Shown here: positions 15,346 to 19,518 of the stretch, in pieces
How the letters are laid out: every line of letters starts with the position of its first letter
Position numbering within the stretch: position 1 is the stretch's first letter
Origin: a virus
Taxonomy: Duplodnaviria; Heunggongvirae; Uroviricota; Caudoviricetes
DNA length: 19,518 bases
Virus record (IMG/VR): IMGVR_UViG_2541047681_000004
Direction: 5' to 3' (one strand)
Translations under genes and position numbers: made by a program
Notes under the pieces: generated by a model
The model's input: the letters and a program-made list of their open reading frames with translations, nothing else
Told to the model about the DNA's origin: nothing
Database searches by the model: none

Positions 15346-16845
15346 GTGACGCTCAATACTTCTCAGGTCAGTTACTATATGACTCAGCGTAAGAAAGGTA
15401 TAACTCAGCATATCTCGGCCATGAAGGCTGGTATCTCAGTCCGTTCTGGTCGTCGGATCGAAAAAGGAGAGTGGGCAAAAAACAGTGTTCGGCACTGGCG
15501 CACACGCAAAGATCCTCTGGAAGCTGTGTGGGACAGCATGCTTGTTCCTCTGTTGAAAGAGAGGCCGGCTCTGACACCAACAACTCTGCTGGAGATGCTA
15601 CAGGATAAATATCCCGGCCAGTACCCCAACAGCCTTCGAAGAACAATGCAACGGCGGGTCCGCGAATGGAAGCTACAGTATGGTGCAGAGCAGGAGGTCA
15701 TGTTCCGCCAGCGACATCAGCCCGGTCTGCGAGGTCTGTCGGACTTTACTGAACTGAAAGGTGTAGTTGTCACCATCGCCGGTAAGTTGTTGGCGCATAA
15801 GTTGTATCACTTCCGTCTGGAATGGAGCCACTGGAGCTGGATGCGGGTTGTGCTGGGTGGTGAGAGCTTCTCTGCTCTGGCTGAAGGTCTGCAGGAAGCC
15901 CTCGGACAACTGGGCGGAGTGCCGGTAGAACATAAAACGGACAGCCTGAGGGCAGCATGGAAACAACAGGGCGAAGATGGACGCCGCGAGCTGACTGAGC
16001 GTTATGCTGCTCTCTGTCAGCACTACGGAATGCAGGGCGTACACAATAATGCCGGTCGGGGCCACGAAAATGGCTCGGTTGAAAGTGCCCACGGACATCT
16101 GAAAAGGCGTATCTGTCAGGCGCTGATACTGCGGGGCAGTAACGACTTCAGCACCATAGAAGAATATCAGGCCTTCATCACTCAGCAGGTTATGCGGCAC
16201 AACCGTAACAATCAGGATCTGGTCAAGGAAGAACGTCTTCATCTGAAACCGCTGCCGCTTCGTCGCAGTGCTGACTATGATGAGCTGACTGTGAGGGTTA
16301 GCCGCAGCAGTACCATCAATGTGAAGCACGTCGTCTACAGCGTACCTTCCCGGCTTGTAGGTCAACTGTTACGGGTCCGGTTATGGGACGATCGTCTGAG
16401 CTGTTACGTTGGCAGCAGCGAGGTCATGAGCTGCCCACGTGTCAGACCAGAAAAAGGGAAGACGCGGGCCCGTCGTATCGACTTCCGACATGTGATCGAC
16501 AGTCTGGCAAAAAAGCCCGGTGCGTTCTGCCATGCAACGCTGAGAAATGACATCCTGCCAGACGATGAATGGCGGAGGCTGTGGCGTCGCTTATGTAATC
16601 ATCTGGAACCCGACATGGCAGGCAGGCTGATGGTACATGCTCTGAAACTGGCTGCAGGATACGACGATATCTCAGTCGTGGCAAAAGGTATGGAGCAGAT
16701 GCTGAATACCCCGGGAAACGTGGATCTGCACCGGCTGATGCGCTTCCTGGGTATAAAGGAAAAGGCGTTGCCGGTAGTCAATGTGAAACAGCATAACCTG
16801 AGCAGTTATGAGCAACTACTGCGTGGCAAGGGAGGTTCGCAGTGA
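15346..16845 (+). CDS. istA: IS21-family transposase IstA, 499 aa from GTG 15346
   Basis: N-terminal HTH (ISAMKAGISVRSGRR), integrase-type catalytic core, conserved HENGSVESAHGHLKRR segment. AGGAA 5 nt upstream of GTG 15346; alternative ATG 15379. Confidence 0.85.
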   Translation: MTLNTSQVSYYMTQRKKGITQHISAMKAGISVRSGRRIEKGEWAKNSVRHWRTRKDPLEAVWDSMLVPLLKERPALTPTTLLEMLQDKYPGQYPNSLRRTMQRRVREWKLQYGAEQEVMFRQRHQPGLRGLSDFTELKGVVVTIAGKLLAHKLYHFRLEWSHWSWMRVVLGGESFSALAEGLQEALGQLGGVPVEHKTDSLRAAWKQQGEDGRRELTERYAALCQHYGMQGVHNNAGRGHENGSVESAHGHLKRRICQALILRGSNDFSTIEEYQAFITQQVMRHNRNNQDLVKEERLHLKPLPLRRSADYDELTVRVSRSSTINVKHVVYSVPSRLVGQLLRVRLWDDRLSCYVGSSEVMSCPRVRPEKGKTRARRIDFRHVIDSLAKKPGAFCHATLRNDILPDDEWRRLWRRLCNHLEPDMAGRLMVHALKLAAGYDDISVVAKGMEQMLNTPGNVDLHRLMRFLGIKEKALPVVNVKQHNLSSYEQLLRGKGGSQ

Positions 16846-17597
16846 GCAATATCCATCACCTTGAACGCAGCCTGCGTAAACTACGCCTGACACGAGTTGG
16901 AGCTGAATGGCACGCTCTGGAAAAACGAGCACTGGCAGAAGGCTGGACACCATCGCGCTATCTTCTGACGCTATGCAATGAAGAACTCCTGTGGCGCGAG
17001 AGTGAAAAACTGCGTCGTTATAAAAAGGAGGCCCGGTTGCCAGTTGCCAAAACGCTAAGCGAATACGACTTCAGTCAGGTGCCGGAACTGAATGGAGCTC
17101 AGTTCCGGCAACTCTGTGAAACGACAGACTGGGTTGATGCAGGAGAAAACGTTCTGCTGTTCGGAGCCAGCGGGTTGGGGAAAAGCCATCTGGCGGCAGC
17201 GATCGTGGATGGCGTAGTAGGCCAGGGCTACCGGGCCCGGTTCTACAGCGCAGGAGAGTTGTTGCAGGAACTACGTAAAGCCAGAGCGCAGTTGAAACTG
17301 AATGAGCTGCTACTGAAACTGGATCGCTACCGGGTGATAGTGGTGGATGATCTTGGCTATGTCAAACGCGACAGCGCCGAAACGGGAGTACTGTTCGAGT
17401 TAATAGCGCATCGCTATGAACGTGGGAGCCTGGTGATAACCAGTAACCATCCGTTCAGCATGTGGGGCAGCATCTTCGTGGATGAGACTATGGCGGTGGC
17501 GGCGGCAGACCGGCTGATCCATCACGGATATATGTTCGAACTGAAAGGTGAAAGCTACAGGAAAAAGACAGCGAAGGCAGTAACAAGCGCGACTTGA
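16842..17597 (+). CDS. istB: IS21-family helper ATPase IstB, 251 aa
   Basis: Walker A GASGLGKSH, Walker B VIVVDDLGY and the IstB-like tail HHGYMFELKGESYR. GTG start overlaps the istA stop. Confidence 0.9.
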   Translation: MSNIHHLERSLRKLRLTRVGAEWHALEKRALAEGWTPSRYLLTLCNEELLWRESEKLRRYKKEARLPVAKTLSEYDFSQVPELNGAQFRQLCETTDWVDAGENVLLFGASGLGKSHLAAAIVDGVVGQGYRARFYSAGELLQELRKARAQLKLNELLLKLDRYRVIVVDDLGYVKRDSAETGVLFELIAHRYERGSLVITSNHPFSMWGSIFVDETMAVAAADRLIHHGYMFELKGESYRKKTAKAVTSAT

Positions 17598-17722
17598 TGT
17601 CGCACTGAAGGGTGCGGCCAGTATAGTTGGCGCGAGTCGGCAAAACTAGTTGACGTCTAATAGGGGGGACTGTCAAGCGACGCAGTACAGGCGCTTCGTC
17701 GCGAGATTCTGGGGATTGCCAC

Positions 17723-19318
17723 ATGACAAAATCATCCGGAGTGATTTTAAACGCCGCTGGCGGTGGCCCCGAAGGGATGAGTCCCATGGACGGGAGGAAT
17801 AACCTTGCTCCCGTTTTGCCTGATACCTCGGCGCTGGATGCTCCTCCCGTTCTGTTGCCTTACCAGCAGCGCTGGGTGGCAGACACCTCTCCGCTTAAGG
17901 TGATAGAAAAGAGCCGTCGTACCGGTATTACATGGGCTGAGGCATCCGATAACGTACTGACCGCCGCCTCTTCTGCGCCAGCAGGCGGGATGAATGTGTA
18001 TTACATCGCTTATAACCAGGACATGACCGTCGAATACATTCAGGCGTGTGCGATGTGGGCACGGGCATTCAACTATGCGGCCAGTGAAATTGAAGAAGGA
18101 TTCTGGGAAGAGGACGACGACGACAAACACATCAGGACTTACACCATCAAATTTCCTGACTCCGGCTTTCGTATTGTTGCGCTCTCCAGCCGCCCGTCTA
18201 ACCTGCGTGGCCGTCAGGGTATTATTGTTATCGACGAAGCGGCGTTCCATGAGCAACTGGACGAACTGCTGAAAGCGGCGCTGGCGATGCTTATCTGGGG
18301 GGGAAAGGTACGCGTTATCTCCACCCATGACGGTGACGACAATCCGTTCAATACGCTTATCGGGGATATCCGTGCCGGACGTCAGGGAGGCAGCATACAT
18401 CGCATCACTTTCCGGGAAGCCGTATCTGAGGGGCTGTTCCGGCGCGTCTGTCTGCGCACCGGGAAGGAATGGTCGGAGGCATCCGAGCAGGCCTGGATGG
18501 CATCGGTGTACAAATTCTACGGTGCCGGCGCATCCGAAGAGCTTGACTGTATTCCGGCCAACGGTGGCGGTGCCTGGCTGTCCCGTGCCCTGATAGAGTC
18601 CCGCATGTCCGCTGATACGCCGGTATTGCGTCTGACCTGCAAGGAAGGTTATGAACTGCTGTCTGATGAGGTTCGCTTCCGCGAGACGCAGGACTGGCTT
18701 GATGAGTATCTGAAACCCTTGCTGGAGGCACTCCCCACTGATGCCCGCTCTTTCCTGGGGCGCGACTTTGGCCGTAGCGGTGATTTGTCGGTGGACTATC
18801 CCCTGCTGCAGGAGAAGAACCTGGTACGACGCGTGCCATTCGTACTGGAGCTGCGTAACGTGCCGTTCAGACAGCAGGAGCAAATCACCTGGTATCTGAT
18901 GGATGGCCTGCCCGGTCTGCTGGGTGCAGCGTTTGATGCCCGTGGTAATGGTGCCTATCTGGCTGAATACGCCATGCAGCGCTACGGCTCCGGCCGGGTT
19001 CAGCAGGTGATGCCAACCGAAGGCTGGTACCGGGAGCATATGCCTCCGGTCAAAGCTGCACTGGAAGACGGTAACCTGGTGGACTTACCAAAGGATGAAG
19101 ACACACTGGATGACCTGCGGGCCGTTCAGGTGGTGAACGGTGTCCCCCGCGTACCGGAGCAACGCTCAAAAGCAAAGGCTGACGGTGGTAAACGCCACGG
19201 GGATTCAGCCATCGCACTGGCGCTGGCGTATTTCGCCAGCCGTGAAATTAACAAAGGGCCGGTGAAGGCAAGCTCACGCCGTCGTCGTCAGGCGGCCCGT
19301 ATGCTGGAGGGATTCTGA
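17723..19318 (+). CDS. large terminase subunit (Mu gp28-like), 531 aa
   Basis: Large acidic protein immediately followed by a portal-like gene; its motifs resemble Mu-type TerL as I recall them. Separated from terS by the IS21 element. The N-terminal ~30 residues could be affected by the insertion. Confidence 0.7.
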   Translation: MTKSSGVILNAAGGGPEGMSPMDGRNNLAPVLPDTSALDAPPVLLPYQQRWVADTSPLKVIEKSRRTGITWAEASDNVLTAASSAPAGGMNVYYIAYNQDMTVEYIQACAMWARAFNYAASEIEEGFWEEDDDDKHIRTYTIKFPDSGFRIVALSSRPSNLRGRQGIIVIDEAAFHEQLDELLKAALAMLIWGGKVRVISTHDGDDNPFNTLIGDIRAGRQGGSIHRITFREAVSEGLFRRVCLRTGKEWSEASEQAWMASVYKFYGAGASEELDCIPANGGGAWLSRALIESRMSADTPVLRLTCKEGYELLSDEVRFRETQDWLDEYLKPLLEALPTDARSFLGRDFGRSGDLSVDYPLLQEKNLVRRVPFVLELRNVPFRQQEQITWYLMDGLPGLLGAAFDARGNGAYLAEYAMQRYGSGRVQQVMPTEGWYREHMPPVKAALEDGNLVDLPKDEDTLDDLRAVQVVNGVPRVPEQRSKAKADGGKRHGDSAIALALAYFASREINKGPVKASSRRRRQAARMLEGF

Positions 19319-19518
19319 TGGCGAGGGGTATCTGGGTTTCACCCGATGAATTTGTTGCTTTTTCTGAGCCTCAGAAATCACTGACCGCGCAGATTGCCTC
19401 CCGCAGCCGCGCGATCGACTTTTACGGACTGGGCATGTATCTGCCCAATCCTGATCCCATTCTCAAGGCTCAGGGACGGGATATCCGTATCTACCGCGAA
19501 CTGCGCACCGACCCGCTG
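19318..19518 (+). CDS. portal protein (Mu gp29/DUF935-like), N-terminal fragment truncated by the window end
   Basis: Start overlaps the terL stop (ATGG/TGA at 19316-19320); the ORF runs to the window edge. Assignment rests mainly on position after terL. Confidence 0.45.
   Translation, partial: MARGIWVSPDEFVAFSEPQKSLTAQIASRSRAIDFYGLGMYLPNPDPILKAQGRDIRIYRELRTDPL

Larger units (their letters stand above)
15281..17635 (+). mobile_element. IS21-family insertion sequence (istA-istB); boundaries approximate
   Basis: istA and istB in canonical order with a GTGA overlap. Imperfect inverted repeats TGGCGCCGATTATTCTGGCCG (15281-15301) and CGGCCAGTATAGTTGGCGCGA (17615-17635) match at 17 of 21 positions. 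Exact termini and target duplication are unresolved. Confidence 0.65.

Noticed and set aside
1-19518. CRISPR arrays, tRNA or rRNA genes
   Set aside because: No short direct-repeat/spacer arrays or cloverleaf-like conserved tRNA motifs were seen; the intergenic regions are short and accounted for by promoters and hairpins.

Overview
This window is an internal segment of a Mu/BcepMu-like transposable prophage in an enterobacterial-type genome; no prophage ends, rRNA, tRNA or CRISPR were seen. Left ~8 kb (minus strand): a tightly coupled early operon running leftward from a Ner-like regulator through a DDE transposase, a Mu B-like AAA+ ATPase, small early genes, a Gam gene interrupted by one in-frame TGA, and GemA-like and Mor-like regulators. 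Centre: a divergent operator/promoter region and a CI-type repressor (plus strand), followed on the same strand by an AT-rich two-gene cassette (297-aa soluble protein plus ~145-aa four-helix membrane protein) whose position and architecture mirror lambda cI-rexA-rexB. This cassette is the most interesting candidate system; its function is inferred from context, not from verified homology. Next comes an accessory block (Dam-like adenine methyltransferase, two small back-to-back ORFs, a P-loop NTPase). Right ~7 kb (plus strand): late genes for lysis (holin, membrane-anchored lytic transglycosylase, nested Rz/Rz1 spanins) and packaging (terS-like, terL, start of portal), with an IS21-family element (istA/istB) inserted between terS and terL. 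All family assignments are from reading the translated ORFs and recalled family signatures; no database search was run.
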